A program made the position numbers and the translations under genes. A stretch of DNA of 64,000 nt, taken from positions 4,846-68,845 of the forward strand of contig DATAFJ010000169.1 in assembly GCA_036257535.1 (NCBI GenBank), given 5' to 3'. Origin of the DNA: Vicinamibacterales bacterium (GTDB taxonomy: Bacteria > Acidobacteriota > Vicinamibacteria > Vicinamibacterales > 2-12-FULL-66-21). Below, in pieces: positions 54,569-64,000 of the stretch. The notes beneath the pieces are model-generated. The model searched no databases. It saw only the letters and a list, made by a program, of their open reading frames with translations, and was not told the DNA's origin. Position 1 is the stretch's first letter; each line of letters starts with the position of its first letter.

Positions 54569-57500
54569 ATGCTGAATCGCGGCCTCGCTCGTCTTGCGGC
54601 TGTCGTCCTCGCCATAGGCGCCTTCACGGTGTTCGCGCAGACTCCCCCGGAAGACGAGAAGAAGAAGGATCCTCCCTGGGACACGACGAACGCGCGGGGG
54701 ACGACGAGAGAGATCGAGTTCACCACGAGCGAAGGGACGTGGATGTCCGTCGATCTGTCGCCCGACGGCCGCTGGATCGTGTTCGATCTCCTCGCGCACG
54801 TGTACCGCATGCCGGTCGAGGGGGGCGAGGCGCAGTGCCTCACGCAGGACAGCGGCGCGGCGCTGAACTTCCACCCGCGGATCTCACCAGACGGAAAGCT
54901 GATCGCGTTCGTATCCGATCGCAAAGGCCAGAACAACCTGTGGGTGATGAACGCCGACGGATCTGATCCGCGGCAGGTGCAGAACGATCGCGACGCGCGC
55001 GCCTTCGAGCCAGCCTGGACGCGCGACGGCGAGTTCATCGCCATTCGACGGCAGAACCTGAGGCCCAATGTCGGGCCGGCCGGCACGGGTCTCTGGATGT
55101 TCCATCGTGACGGCGGTGAGGGCGTCGAACTGACGGGACGCGAGCAGGCCGGCGCGACCTGGCCCGCCTTCTCGCACGACGGCAAGTCCATGTACTTCTC
55201 CGCCAGCGACGGGCAGCCGGCCTGGTCCGGCCGCCGCGACATGCTGTCCGGTGCGTTCCAGATCCGCCGGCTCGAGCGCCGCACGGGTGAAGTGGCGGAC
55301 GTGACCGCCGGGTCGAACGCCCAGCAGAACCGCGGGTCGAGCGGCGGCGGCATCGCTCCGGAGCCGTCGCCTGACGGTCGATACCTCGCGTTCGCGCGGC
55401 GCATCGCCGACGGAACGATCTCGTACAAGGGCCACAAGTTCGGCCCGCGCACGGCGCTGTGGGTTCGCGAGCTCGCCACGGGCCGCGAGCGGCTCCTCAT
55501 GGATCCGATCGAAGTGGACATGGGCGAGGGGATGAAGACCTGGCGCGTCCTGCCGGGCTACGCCTGGTCGCGCGACGCGAAGTCGATCGTGATTGCTCAG
55601 GGCGGGAAGATCCGGCGGGTCGATGTCGCAACTGGCGACGTCTCGACGATCCCGTTCACCGCGCACGTGAAGCGGACGCTGTCCGAGATGGCGTACAAAC
55701 CGATCGACGTGCCGGACGGCGCGTTCGACGTCAAGTTCGCGCGCTGGCAGACGGCGTCACCCGACGGAAAGCGGATCGCGTTTCAAGCCGTAGGACGAAT
55801 CTGGCTGATGGATGCGGGGACGGCTGGTTCTTCTCCTTCCACGCCGCGTCGTCTGACGACCGACGCCTTCGGTAAGCCGGCGGGCTTCCTGACGGATCGA
55901 TTCGAGTTCGCGCCCGCCTGGTCGCCCGACGGCAAGGTCATCGCGTTTACCACGTGGAACGAGAAAGAGCACGGCCACCTCTGGAAGGTCGCGGTTGGCG
56001 CAACGCCGGCCATCCCGCAGCAGCTCACGCCAGTCGCCGGTGAGTTCGTCAACCCCGTGTGGAGCCCGGACGGGTCGTGGCTCGTCGTGTCGCGCGGCGC
56101 GGGCGAGACCTTCAGGGGGAGAAATCTCACGCACAACCCCTGGTTCGAGCTCGTTCGCGTGAGCGCCAACGGCGGCGAGCCGGAATCGATCACGCGCGTC
56201 GAGGGGACGTCGGGGCGACGGCAGATCGTTCGAGCTGCGTTTGGTCCCGACGGCCGCATCTTCTACCCCGAACAGCAGGAAGAGCGGTCTTCGACGCCCG
56301 GCCAGCAGCCGGACCGGGTTACGCATCTGAAGTCGGTCCGGCCCGACGGCAGCGACAAGCGCACACACCTGATCTTCGAATACTCCGACGAGCTCGTACC
56401 GTCGCCCGACGGCAAGTGGGTCGCGTTCGAAGAAGGCGATAACGTTTACGTGACGCCGTTTCCGCTCGAGGGCACCGGCACGTCGCCGGTGAAGCTCGAA
56501 AAGCGGCGCGGCAAGCTGCCGGTGATCCAGGTCAGCAAGGAGGGCGGCCTCTTCCCGCGCTGGCGCGACACTCGAACGATCGAATACGGCAGTGGTCCTC
56601 GCCACTTCATCTACAACCTCGATTCGAAGAAGACCGACGAGACCCAGATCAAGCTGTCGGTCCCACGCCGCGTCCCGAAGGGCTCGATCGCGCTCACGGG
56701 CGCCCGGATCGTCACGCTTGAGAAGAAGCAGGTCATCGAGAGCGGCACGATCGTCGTCACCCACGGGCGCATAGCTTGCGTGGGACAGTGCTCGACCTCC
56801 GGCATCGAGCGCGTGGTGGACGTGAAGGGGAAGACGATCATCCCCGGCTTCATCGACATGCACGCCCACCACTATCGCGAGCATGCGGGCATCCTGCCGT
56901 CACGGAGCTCGGAGACCGCGATCTACCTCGCGTACGGTGTTACGACGAATCTCGACAACTCGATGTGGTCGCAGAACATCTTTCCGGCGGCGGAGCTGAT
57001 CGACGCCGGGTTGATGATCGGGCCCCGCACGTACAGCACGGGCGATCCGCTGTACCGCGGCGACGGCCCGCGGCAGAACGAGATCTCGAGCTATGAGGTG
57101 GCCGAGCAGAACATTGCGCGGCTCCAGTCGTGGGGAGCGGTGTCGATCAAGCAGTATCTGCAACCGCGCCGAGACCAGCGGCAGTGGATTTCCGACATCG
57201 CGCGGAAGAAGGGCCTGATGGTCACGGCCGAAGGCGACTCGGTCGAATACAACCTGAGCATGATTGTGGACGGCCAGACGGCGTTCGAGCACCCGATGAG
57301 CTACATGCCGCTTTATCAGGATGCCGCGACGTTCTTCGGCCAGGCGAAGGCGGTCTACTCCCCGACGTTCATCGTCGGGGGCTCCGGCGCCTGGAACGAA
57401 GAGTTTTTCTGGCAGGAGAGCGACACCTGGAAGGACGAAAAGATGCGGCGGTGGCAGCCGTGGCGGCAGCTCATCCCGCACGCGCGCCGGCACGTCACCC

Positions 57501-57973
57501 GCCCGGTGACCGACTACAGCTACCCGCTCATCGCGCAGGGGCTCGCCGACATCATCGAGCGCGGAGGCTTCGGCGCGATCGGCTCGCACGGCCAGCAGCA
57601 CGGCATCGGGTCGCACTGGGAGGTCTGGATGGCGGCCTCGGCGATGGGACCGATGGGTGCGCTCGAGCTCGCGACCGTGCACGGCGCGCACTTTCTCGGA
57701 GCGTCGAAAGACCTTGGTACGCTGACACAGGGCAAGCTGGGCGACCTCGTGGTGCTCAACTCGAACCCGCTGCAAAACATCCGCAACACGACGGACATTC
57801 TGTACGTCATGAAAGGCGGGATCCTCTACGACGCTGCCACGCTGGACGAAATCTGGCCGGAGAAGCGTCCTTTCGGCGACTACTACTGGGTCGAGCCCGA
57901 CTCGCTCAAGACCGACGATCGGCCGATCGACTATCACGACAAACGCAAGACCACTACTTCGGTGAGGAAATAG
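54569..57973 (+). CDS. Amidohydrolase-family protein with N-terminal TolB-like (PD40) beta-propellers
   Basis: AGGAG before the ATG and a signal peptide. Repeated SPDG(R/K)xIAF blades are followed by IIPGFIDMHAHH, the metal-binding start of the amidohydrolase TIM barrel. Confidence 0.85.
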   Translation: MLNRGLARLAAVVLAIGAFTVFAQTPPEDEKKKDPPWDTTNARGTTREIEFTTSEGTWMSVDLSPDGRWIVFDLLAHVYRMPVEGGEAQCLTQDSGAALNFHPRISPDGKLIAFVSDRKGQNNLWVMNADGSDPRQVQNDRDARAFEPAWTRDGEFIAIRRQNLRPNVGPAGTGLWMFHRDGGEGVELTGREQAGATWPAFSHDGKSMYFSASDGQPAWSGRRDMLSGAFQIRRLERRTGEVADVTAGSNAQQNRGSSGGGIAPEPSPDGRYLAFARRIADGTISYKGHKFGPRTALWVRELATGRERLLMDPIEVDMGEGMKTWRVLPGYAWSRDAKSIVIAQGGKIRRVDVATGDVSTIPFTAHVKRTLSEMAYKPIDVPDGAFDVKFARWQTASPDGKRIAFQAVGRIWLMDAGTAGSSPSTPRRLTTDAFGKPAGFLTDRFEFAPAWSPDGKVIAFTTWNEKEHGHLWKVAVGATPAIPQQLTPVAGEFVNPVWSPDGSWLVVSRGAGETFRGRNLTHNPWFELVRVSANGGEPESITRVEGTSGRRQIVRAAFGPDGRIFYPEQQEERSSTPGQQPDRVTHLKSVRPDGSDKRTHLIFEYSDELVPSPDGKWVAFEEGDNVYVTPFPLEGTGTSPVKLEKRRGKLPVIQVSKEGGLFPRWRDTRTIEYGSGPRHFIYNLDSKKTDETQIKLSVPRRVPKGSIALTGARIVTLEKKQVIESGTIVVTHGRIACVGQCSTSGIERVVDVKGKTIIPGFIDMHAHHYREHAGILPSRSSETAIYLAYGVTTNLDNSMWSQNIFPAAELIDAGLMIGPRTYSTGDPLYRGDGPRQNEISSYEVAEQNIARLQSWGAVSIKQYLQPRRDQRQWISDIARKKGLMVTAEGDSVEYNLSMIVDGQTAFEHPMSYMPLYQDAATFFGQAKAVYSPTFIVGGSGAWNEEFFWQESDTWKDEKMRRWQPWRQLIPHARRHVTRPVTDYSYPLIAQGLADIIERGGFGAIGSHGQQHGIGSHWEVWMAASAMGPMGALELATVHGAHFLGASKDLGTLTQGKLGDLVVLNSNPLQNIRNTTDILYVMKGGILYDAATLDEIWPEKRPFGDYYWVEPDSLKTDDRPIDYHDKRKTTTSVRK

Positions 57974-58427
57974 ACGGACGAACCAGAACCGTTCAGGAAC
58001 CATTCAGAACCGTTCGGGGTTCAGGGTTCAAGGGTGGTTCAGGGCGGCGGGTTCGGGGTTCGAGGTGCGGGGTTCGGGTTGAACCCCGCCCTGGAACTCC
58101 TCCCCTGGAACCCCGAACCTCCCTTGAACCGTGCACCCTGAACCCCGAACCGTTCTGGTTCTGCTTCTGGTTCACATTCACTTCAGCTACGTCTGTGAGG
58201 AAATAGACGGACGAACCAGAACCGTTCAGGAACCATTCAGAACCGTTCGGGGTTTCAAGGTTCAGGGTTCAAGGGTGGTTCAGGGTGGCGGGTTCGGGGT
58301 TCGAGGTGCGGGGTTCGGGTTGAACCCCGCCCTGGAACTTCTCCCCTGGAACCCCGAACCTCCCTTGAACCGTGCACCCTGAACCCCGAACCGTTCTAGT
58401 TCTGGTTCTGTTCACATTCACTTCAGC
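57962..58427. repeat. Tandem duplication (2 copies, period 233 bp) of a convergent intergenic region including both gene 3' ends
   Basis: gtgaggaaatagacggacgaaccagaaccgttcagg... recurs at 57962 and 58195. Each copy ends ...ttcacattcacttcagc (58187 and 58427). The copies differ by a 7-bp insertion and a few substitutions. Confidence 0.9.
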
Positions 58428-59176
58428 GCTTTTTGTATGGCTGCTTCCGCGAGCGGCCCCATGATCGCGTAGCCTTTCGCGTTCGGGTGCAGGTCGTCCT
58501 CGCTGAGCTCCGTTCGAAGGAGACCCGACGCGTCGGTCATCGCCGAGAAGTAGTCCAGGTACACGTAGCCGTTGGTGGCCGCGTACGACTTCACCCAGTC
58601 GTTGAGCGCCTTAATCCGATCCATCGGCCGCCGCGTCGTCTGCGGCGGTGCGGGGTCTCCCGGCTTGTGGTGATACGCGCTCACCGGCAGCACGCTCGCA
58701 AGCACTACCCGGATTCCGTTCGCCTTCGCGAGCTCGCTCATCGACGCGAGATTCGCCTGGATTTCTTCGTTCGTCATCGGCCCGGTGTTCCCCGCGATAT
58801 CGTTGGTGCCCGCGAGGATGACGACCGCCTTCGGCTTCAGATCGATCACGTCGGGGCGGAAACGCACGAGCATCTGCGGCGTCGTCTGGGCGCTGATACC
58901 GCGGTCCACGTAGGGCCTGCCCGGAAAGAACCCGCCGAAGTGCGGCTGCTGCCAGAGGTCGGTGATCGAGTCGCCCATGAAGACGACGCGGGCCTCAGCG
59001 GCGGCCGGCGGCGGCAGCTGGCGATTCGCGTCGCGGTAGCGACCGAGTTGCGCCCAGTCGCGCAGCCGGGCGTCCTGCGTCATGACGTCGGTGAACGCCC
59101 GGGCGACCTCGGGGCAGTTGGGAAGTTCTGACGAAGCGGGCGTCTGCAGCAGGAGGACGAGGAGAAGAGGGGTCAT
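58418..59176 (-). CDS. SGNH/GDSL hydrolase
   Basis: Signal peptide, VVFMGDSITDLW (block I), GTNDI (block III) and DDLHPNAKGY (block V). Confidence 0.85.
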   Translation of the reverse strand: MTPLLLVLLLQTPASSELPNCPEVARAFTDVMTQDARLRDWAQLGRYRDANRQLPPPAAAEARVVFMGDSITDLWQQPHFGGFFPGRPYVDRGISAQTTPQMLVRFRPDVIDLKPKAVVILAGTNDIAGNTGPMTNEEIQANLASMSELAKANGIRVVLASVLPVSAYHHKPGDPAPPQTTRRPMDRIKALNDWVKSYAATNGYVYLDYFSAMTDASGLLRTELSEDDLHPNAKGYAIMGPLAEAAIQKALK

Positions 59177-59237
59177 GTCGCGCCGAATGATACACGGGGC
59201 CAGGGCCCCCTCCGAACCCTGGCCCCACCGGAGGCGT

Positions 59238-59810
59238 CTAGCTACACGTTGATCCGACGACTTTGATTGACCGAGCGGCGAGCCTGTCGTCGACGCGCCG
59301 TCCGCTCACCTGCACGGTCTGACCGACGTGTTGACGCAGGGCGAGCGTCCCGGCCGGCCGGACTTCGAGCTTGCCCGACTTCTTCGTGACGAACATCGTC
59401 TTCCAGTTGCGTGACTGCGGCACGTTCGCTCCGCCGACCTCGGTCAGCACGAGCCTTCGCCCGTCGTCTTCGCTGCGCAGGCAGCCAACGTAGGTCGAGT
59501 CGAGCGCCGGCTTCGCGTCCGTGCGCGACAGCTTCGAGGCGACCGCGAGCGGCTCGTAGGACGCCGATGCCTGGATGGTCTTCGACGGAGCGCTCTCGCG
59601 CTTCGGCGTCGTCGATCGATTCGACATCGCCGCGACGATTGCGATCACCGCGAGCATGGCCACCACCGTTGCCGTCAGCAGGCCGATGCCAGCCATGGTG
59701 TCATGCGACGATTCCCGCGTCTTCGTCGATCCCGAGGGCGCTGCCTCGCGGCTGCGCAGGCTTCCGACGTGCTTTACCGACTTCGTCTTCGAGCGTCGTT
59801 TCGTCGTCAT
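59238..59810 (-). CDS. Membrane-anchored hypothetical protein
   Basis: AGGAG before the ATG. A basic N-terminus is followed by a single TM helix, GIGLLTATVVAMLAVIAIVAAM, and a C-terminal domain of about 100 aa. No family recognised. Confidence 0.55.
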   Translation of the reverse strand: MTTKRRSKTKSVKHVGSLRSREAAPSGSTKTRESSHDTMAGIGLLTATVVAMLAVIAIVAAMSNRSTTPKRESAPSKTIQASASYEPLAVASKLSRTDAKPALDSTYVGCLRSEDDGRRLVLTEVGGANVPQSRNWKTMFVTKKSGKLEVRPAGTLALRQHVGQTVQVSGRRVDDRLAARSIKVVGSTCS

Positions 59811-59825
59811 AGTGGCTCCTGGAAA

Positions 59826-59874
59826 TCAGAATTCGGAATTCAGAATGCAGAATTCAGAATTCGACGTTCAGAAG
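59826..59874. repeat. Seven tandem heptamers (TCAGAAT consensus)
   Basis: TCAGAAT TCGGAAT TCAGAAT GCAGAAT TCAGAAT TCGACGT TCAGAAG read directly in the divergent promoter region between 59810 and 60031. Confidence 0.9.
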
Positions 59875-60030
59875 CCCGAAGATCATTCAGAATGGCTGCC
59901 GTCTTTGGCCCGTCCGCGCAAGCCGTGGGCCGGCGTGCGGTTAGCGAGAACCGTAATTCGACGCGTGGCGGTCCGACGCGCGATTTTGCGTGGCGGAATT
60001 GCAGGAGTGTGATTTCATGAGCCGCCGATC

Positions 60031-62442
60031 GTGAAGCGCAGAACCTTTCTTCAAACGGTTCCTGTCGCGGCGTTGCTCGGGCGTGCCCGCCTGCGCTCGC
60101 AGATTTCCACGCGCCCCACCGATCCGGCTCCGCACGTGAGTCCCGATCTGTTGACGCAGACGTGGAGCGCACGATGGATCGCGGTGCCCGGCTCATCGGC
60201 GTTCGACTACGGCGTCCATCATTTCCGCCGTACGTTCGATCTGGCCGTCGAGCCGCTCTCGTTCGTCGTCCACGTGAGCGCCGACAATCGCTATCAGCTT
60301 TTCGTGAACGGCGAGCGTGTCGTGTGGGGACCGGCGCGATCCGACCTGAATCGCTGGCGGTTCGAGACAGTCGATATCGCGCGCCACCTGCGCGCCGGGC
60401 GAAACGTCGTCGCGGCCCTGGTCTGGAACTTCGGAGAATACGCGCCAGAGGCGCAGGTCACACACCGCACCGCGTTCATTCTTCAAGGGAATTCCGAGAG
60501 CGAGCGCGTGATCGACACGAACGACAAGTGGAAGTGCATGAGGAATCCCGCGTATTGGCCGCTGCACTATTCGCACGCGCAGATGCGCGGCTACTTCGTT
60601 GCCGGTCCCGCGGACAGCGTGGATGGCGCGCAGTATCCGTGGGGCTGGGCCGACCCGGCGCTCGACGATGGGATGTGGGCGGCGGGGGAGAGCGATCCGC
60701 GATGGAGCGGCGCGCCGCGGGAGGTCATCGACGCGCCGAATCGATGGCTCCTTGTTCCCCGGACGCTGCCACTGATGGAAGAGACGCCTCAGCGGCTGGC
60801 GGCGGTGCGTCTTGCAAGCGGCACGACTGTCCCGTCGAGTTTTCCGCGCGAGCCCTCGTCATTCACGGTGCCGCCGAACACTCGCGCGCGGCTGCTTCTG
60901 GATCAATCGCATCTCACGACGGCGTATCCGGAACTCGTGGTCTCGGGCGGCACCGCGGCGGTGATCCGTCTCGGCTACGCGGAGTCGCTGTTCGCGGATC
61001 CGTCGAAGGGTGTCGCGAAGGGGAACCGGAACGACGTCGAAGGCAAGACGTTCGTTGGGTACTACGACACGTTCACCAGCGATGGCGGTGTGCGCCGGCT
61101 GTACCGCCCGCTCTGGTGGCGAACGTACCGCTACATCGATCTCGACATTCAGACGAAGACCGAGCCGCTCACGGTGGAGGACCTTCGCGGCGTCTACACC
61201 GGCTATCCCTTTCAAATGAAGGCGCGGTTCGAAGGCTCCGACCGGCTGTCGAAGATGCTCGAGATCGGCTGGCGCACGGCGCGGCTCTGCGCGCATGAGA
61301 CCTATATGGACTGCCCGTACTACGAGCAGCTCCAGTACGCCGGCGATACGCGCATCCAGGCGCTCGTTTCGTACTACAACGCCGGCGACGCCCGCCTCGC
61401 GCGGAACGCGATCGCACAGCTGAACGACTCGAGGACGGCCGAGGGAGCGACGATGAGCCGTGCGCCGACGCGGCAGCAGCAGTACATCCCGCCGTTCTCG
61501 CTCTGGTGGATCGGCATGGTCCACGACTACTGGCGCTATGTGAACGACCCGGAGTTCGTGCGCGAGATGCTGCCGGGCGTCCGCGCGGTACTGGGGTTCT
61601 TCGCCCGCTATCAGAGATCGAACGGATCGCTCGCCCCACTGCCGTGGTGGAATTTCGTCGACTGGGCCTGGAAGAACCGCGGAATTCCGCCGATGGTCGC
61701 CGGCGGTTCCTCGGCGGCAATCGATCTCCAGCTTTTGCTCGCGCTCGACTGGGCCGCCGATCTCGAGGAAGCGCTCGGGTCGAAGACGCGTGCCGCGGAG
61801 TGCCGCGCGTCAGCGACGGCGCTGCGCACGACGATCCGCCAGCTGTATTGGGACTCGTCGCGGCTGCTCGTCGCCGACACGCCGCGCAAGGTTGAATACT
61901 CGCAGCACGCGAACGCGCTGGCTGTTCTCGCGCGCGTAGTCGACGGCGAAGACGCCCGGGCGCTCGTGGGCCGGACACTGAAGGATGGCTCGCTCACGCA
62001 GTGCACGTTCTACTTCCGTCACTACCTGCACTCGGCCGTCAACCAGGTCGGCGAAGGGGACCGCTATCCCGATCTGCTCACAGCGTGGGACGACATGCTC
62101 GCGCGCGGGCTCACCACGTGGGCGGAGAACCCGGAGCCGACGCGATCCGACTGCCACGCCTGGAGCGCGAGCCCGAACTTCGAGATTTTCCGCACCGTGC
62201 TCGGGATCGATTCCGCGGCGCCGGGCTTCAGGCGCGTCAGCATCCGGCCGTTTCTCGGCAAGCTCGCGCGCGTGTCAGGCACGATTCCCCACCCGGCGGG
62301 TGAGGTCTCGGTCAGCTTGGCGTTGAGTGCGGATGGAAAACTGTCGGCGGAGGTTTCCCTGCCGCCGAACGTGACGGGCGAGTTTATCTGGCGGGGACAG
62401 CGACGGGAATTGAAAGGGGGTCAGACAGAGTTTGCGGTCTGA
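60031..62442 (+). CDS. Glycoside hydrolase family 78-like (alpha-L-rhamnosidase family) protein
   Basis: Tat-like leader [41 protein letters not shown] is the characteristic start of the six-hairpin catalytic domain. Confidence 0.8.
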   Translation: MKRRTFLQTVPVAALLGRARLRSQISTRPTDPAPHVSPDLLTQTWSARWIAVPGSSAFDYGVHHFRRTFDLAVEPLSFVVHVSADNRYQLFVNGERVVWGPARSDLNRWRFETVDIARHLRAGRNVVAALVWNFGEYAPEAQVTHRTAFILQGNSESERVIDTNDKWKCMRNPAYWPLHYSHAQMRGYFVAGPADSVDGAQYPWGWADPALDDGMWAAGESDPRWSGAPREVIDAPNRWLLVPRTLPLMEETPQRLAAVRLASGTTVPSSFPREPSSFTVPPNTRARLLLDQSHLTTAYPELVVSGGTAAVIRLGYAESLFADPSKGVAKGNRNDVEGKTFVGYYDTFTSDGGVRRLYRPLWWRTYRYIDLDIQTKTEPLTVEDLRGVYTGYPFQMKARFEGSDRLSKMLEIGWRTARLCAHETYMDCPYYEQLQYAGDTRIQALVSYYNAGDARLARNAIAQLNDSRTAEGATMSRAPTRQQQYIPPFSLWWIGMVHDYWRYVNDPEFVREMLPGVRAVLGFFARYQRSNGSLAPLPWWNFVDWAWKNRGIPPMVAGGSSAAIDLQLLLALDWAADLEEALGSKTRAAECRASATALRTTIRQLYWDSSRLLVADTPRKVEYSQHANALAVLARVVDGEDARALVGRTLKDGSLTQCTFYFRHYLHSAVNQVGEGDRYPDLLTAWDDMLARGLTTWAENPEPTRSDCHAWSASPNFEIFRTVLGIDSAAPGFRRVSIRPFLGKLARVSGTIPHPAGEVSVSLALSADGKLSAEVSLPPNVTGEFIWRGQRRELKGGQTEFAV

Positions 62443-62459
62443 CCCCCTCGCGCCTAGAA

Positions 62460-64000
62460 CTAGAAGATAAACCTCAGGCTCAACTGGATGTCACGCCGGT
62501 CGTCGCTCTTGGTCGTGATGCGTCCGAAGTTGGCGTTGTTCGGATCCGCGTAACCCAGCTCACCCGCGAGCTGGTTGGTCTGCGCGCCCCTCTGCGCTCC
62601 CGTGCTCAAACCAAGGTTCGGATGGTTCGGGAAGTTGAAGAACTCCGCCCGGAACTGCAGCCTGCGCATCCCGCCCAGGTTGAAGTTCTTGAAGAGCGCG
62701 ATGTCCCACTGCTGCTGCCCCGGGTTGTAGATGACGTTCTTCGGCGCGTTGCCGAACGTGCCGGCGGCCGGCGCCGCGAACGCAGCCGGGTTGAACCAGA
62801 AGTTGTCGTCGCGCCCCGCGCCCTCGGAGAACTGACCGTTGGCGCCCGCCTTCGGATCGCCGACGAGATCGAACGGCTGGCCGAAGCCGCCGTCGCCGAC
62901 GCCGGCGATGTCGTTCGTTCGGATGACGGAGAACGGCGTTCCGGTCCGCATGAACGTCGCGCCGGAGATCTGCCAGCCGCCGAGCAGGTTCTTCATGAGC
63001 GTGTTCTGCTCGCGCCAGAAGGGCAGATCGTAGATGTAGTAGAAGTTCAGCGAGTGGCGGCGGTCGTAGTTCGACGGACCCCAGAAGCCGGTGTCGTCGT
63101 AGGTGTTCCACACGACGTTCCGCTTGTCGCTGCCGTTGTCTTCGGACTTGCCGACCGTGTACGCGATGCCGACCTTCAGGCCGTTGCTGTAGCGCCGGTC
63201 TGCGCTGATCTGGAGGCTGTTGTACAACGACCGCGCGGCGTTCTCCGAGATGCGGATGACGCCATACCCCAGGAACGGCCGCAACGCGGCGATGTTCGCA
63301 TCAGGATTCGCCTGAATCGTCCCCGGCTGCAGCTGGTTGAGATTGCGCTCCCGCTGCAGGTAGAGACCCCTGCGGCCGACGTAGGTCACGTCGAGAACGA
63401 AGCCGTACGGAATCTCCCGTGCGGCGCCGATCGCCCACATGTACGAGGTCGGGTGCTTGAACACGACGTCCTGCGCCTGCATCGCGAACGGCAGGTCGGT
63501 CGACGCGCCCGCGCCGCCGCCGGGGTTGTCCACGCTGCCGTTGGACACGGTCACCATCGGCTGGAACGGCGGGTTGCCGCCGAGGATCGTCGAGTCGTTG
63601 AGCGTCACGCGGTTGTGGAAAACGCCGGCGCTCGCGCGAACCGTCGTCTTGTCGTTCACCGAGTACGCGACGCCGAGCCGCGGCTCAATGACGTTGTAGT
63701 GCATCTCAGAAAAGCCGCGCGGCTCGCCCTGGAAGAGCGCCTGGACGCTCGGGTCTGACGCGACGCCGAGATCGTTCCCCTCGCCCTCGAACCCGTCGCC
63801 CGGCAGCACGATGCCGTTGTAGCGGTCGCCTCCGACGAGCCGGCCGGTCGCCGGGTTGATGACCGCCGCGCGCGACGGATCGTAGAAGCGCTGATCGAAG
63901 TTCGCTATGTTGTTCGTCGTCGAGTACCAGGGCGGCCAGAAGACCCAGCGAATGCCGCCTTCGACGGTAAGGTCGGAAGTCGGTCTCCACGAGTCCTGGA
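62460..64000 (-). CDS. TonB-dependent-receptor-like outer-membrane beta-barrel, C-terminal part (5' end outside window)
   Basis: The frame stays open from 63809 to the window edge (...WYSTTNNIANFDQRFYDPSRAAVINPATGRLVGGDRYNGIVLPGDGFEG...). The protein ends ...IQLSLRFIF with the terminal aromatic residue. Confidence 0.85.
   Translation of the reverse strand, partial: QDSWRPTSDLTVEGGIRWVFWPPWYSTTNNIANFDQRFYDPSRAAVINPATGRLVGGDRYNGIVLPGDGFEGEGNDLGVASDPSVQALFQGEPRGFSEMHYNVIEPRLGVAYSVNDKTTVRASAGVFHNRVTLNDSTILGGNPPFQPMVTVSNGSVDNPGGGAGASTDLPFAMQAQDVVFKHPTSYMWAIGAAREIPYGFVLDVTYVGRRGLYLQRERNLNQLQPGTIQANPDANIAALRPFLGYGVIRISENAARSLYNSLQISADRRYSNGLKVGIAYTVGKSEDNGSDKRNVVWNTYDDTGFWGPSNYDRRHSLNFYYIYDLPFWREQNTLMKNLLGGWQISGATFMRTGTPFSVIRTNDIAGVGDGGFGQPFDLVGDPKAGANGQFSEGAGRDDNFWFNPAAFAAPAAGTFGNAPKNVIYNPGQQQWDIALFKNFNLGGMRRLQFRAEFFNFPNHPNLGLSTGAQRGAQTNQLAGELGYADPNNANFGRITTKSDDRRDIQLSLRFIF

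Noticed and set aside
57993-58382. ORFs 57993..58181 (minus) and 58131..58382 (plus) as genes
   Set aside because: They lie wholly inside the GGTTC-rich hairpin duplication. The peptides are repetitive (EPRT, NPEP, GSRG), and both strands are open only because the repeat lacks stop codons.
57962-58427. CRISPR array
   Set aside because: There are only two long (233 bp) contiguous copies with no spacers. No cas genes occur anywhere in the window. The other repeat arrays are 7-10 bp units without spacers.

Overview
High-GC bacterial chromosomal window, roughly two-thirds G+C by eye. Coding density is high, with about 47 protein-coding genes or gene remnants. I found no rRNA, tRNA, CRISPR array, transposase or integrase. 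The gene content points to Acidobacteriota: an ADOP-type duplicated FtsX permease, two CarboxypepD_reg/TonB-dependent-receptor-like outer-membrane proteins, three Ser/Thr kinases with TolB-N/TPR or STAND/TPR tails, a PEP-CTERM protein, BNR/Asp-box and TolB-propeller-amidohydrolase giants, and many secreted hydrolases. Most of the window is ordinary accessory metabolism. The standout is a two-gene locus at 4867..6020. Its second gene is a tetrapyrrole-methylase-fold enzyme with the signature of borosin peptide alpha-N-methyltransferases (OphMA/SonM-like). It is immediately preceded by a 119-aa protein whose N-terminal helical domain resembles the borosin clasp/binding domain. The C-terminal 48 residues of that protein are a protamine-like Arg/Lys tail, which is not the hydrophobic core expected of a borosin. 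The conserved N-terminus of the methyltransferase has no ATG/GTG/TTG and overlaps the precursor stop as CTGA. Other notable points follow. A PEP-CTERM protein is an in-frame fusion of two paralogous modules, so it carries an internal sorting signal. Several genes are disrupted, including one frameshift sitting exactly on a G_GGA_AAA slippery heptamer. There is also a rich set of structured intergenic repeats: shared palindromes, heptamer and decamer arrays, a 233-bp tandem duplication of a 180-nt GGTTC-rich hairpin, and a nested inverted-repeat region. All function calls come from motif recognition by eye and need HMM/BLAST confirmation.
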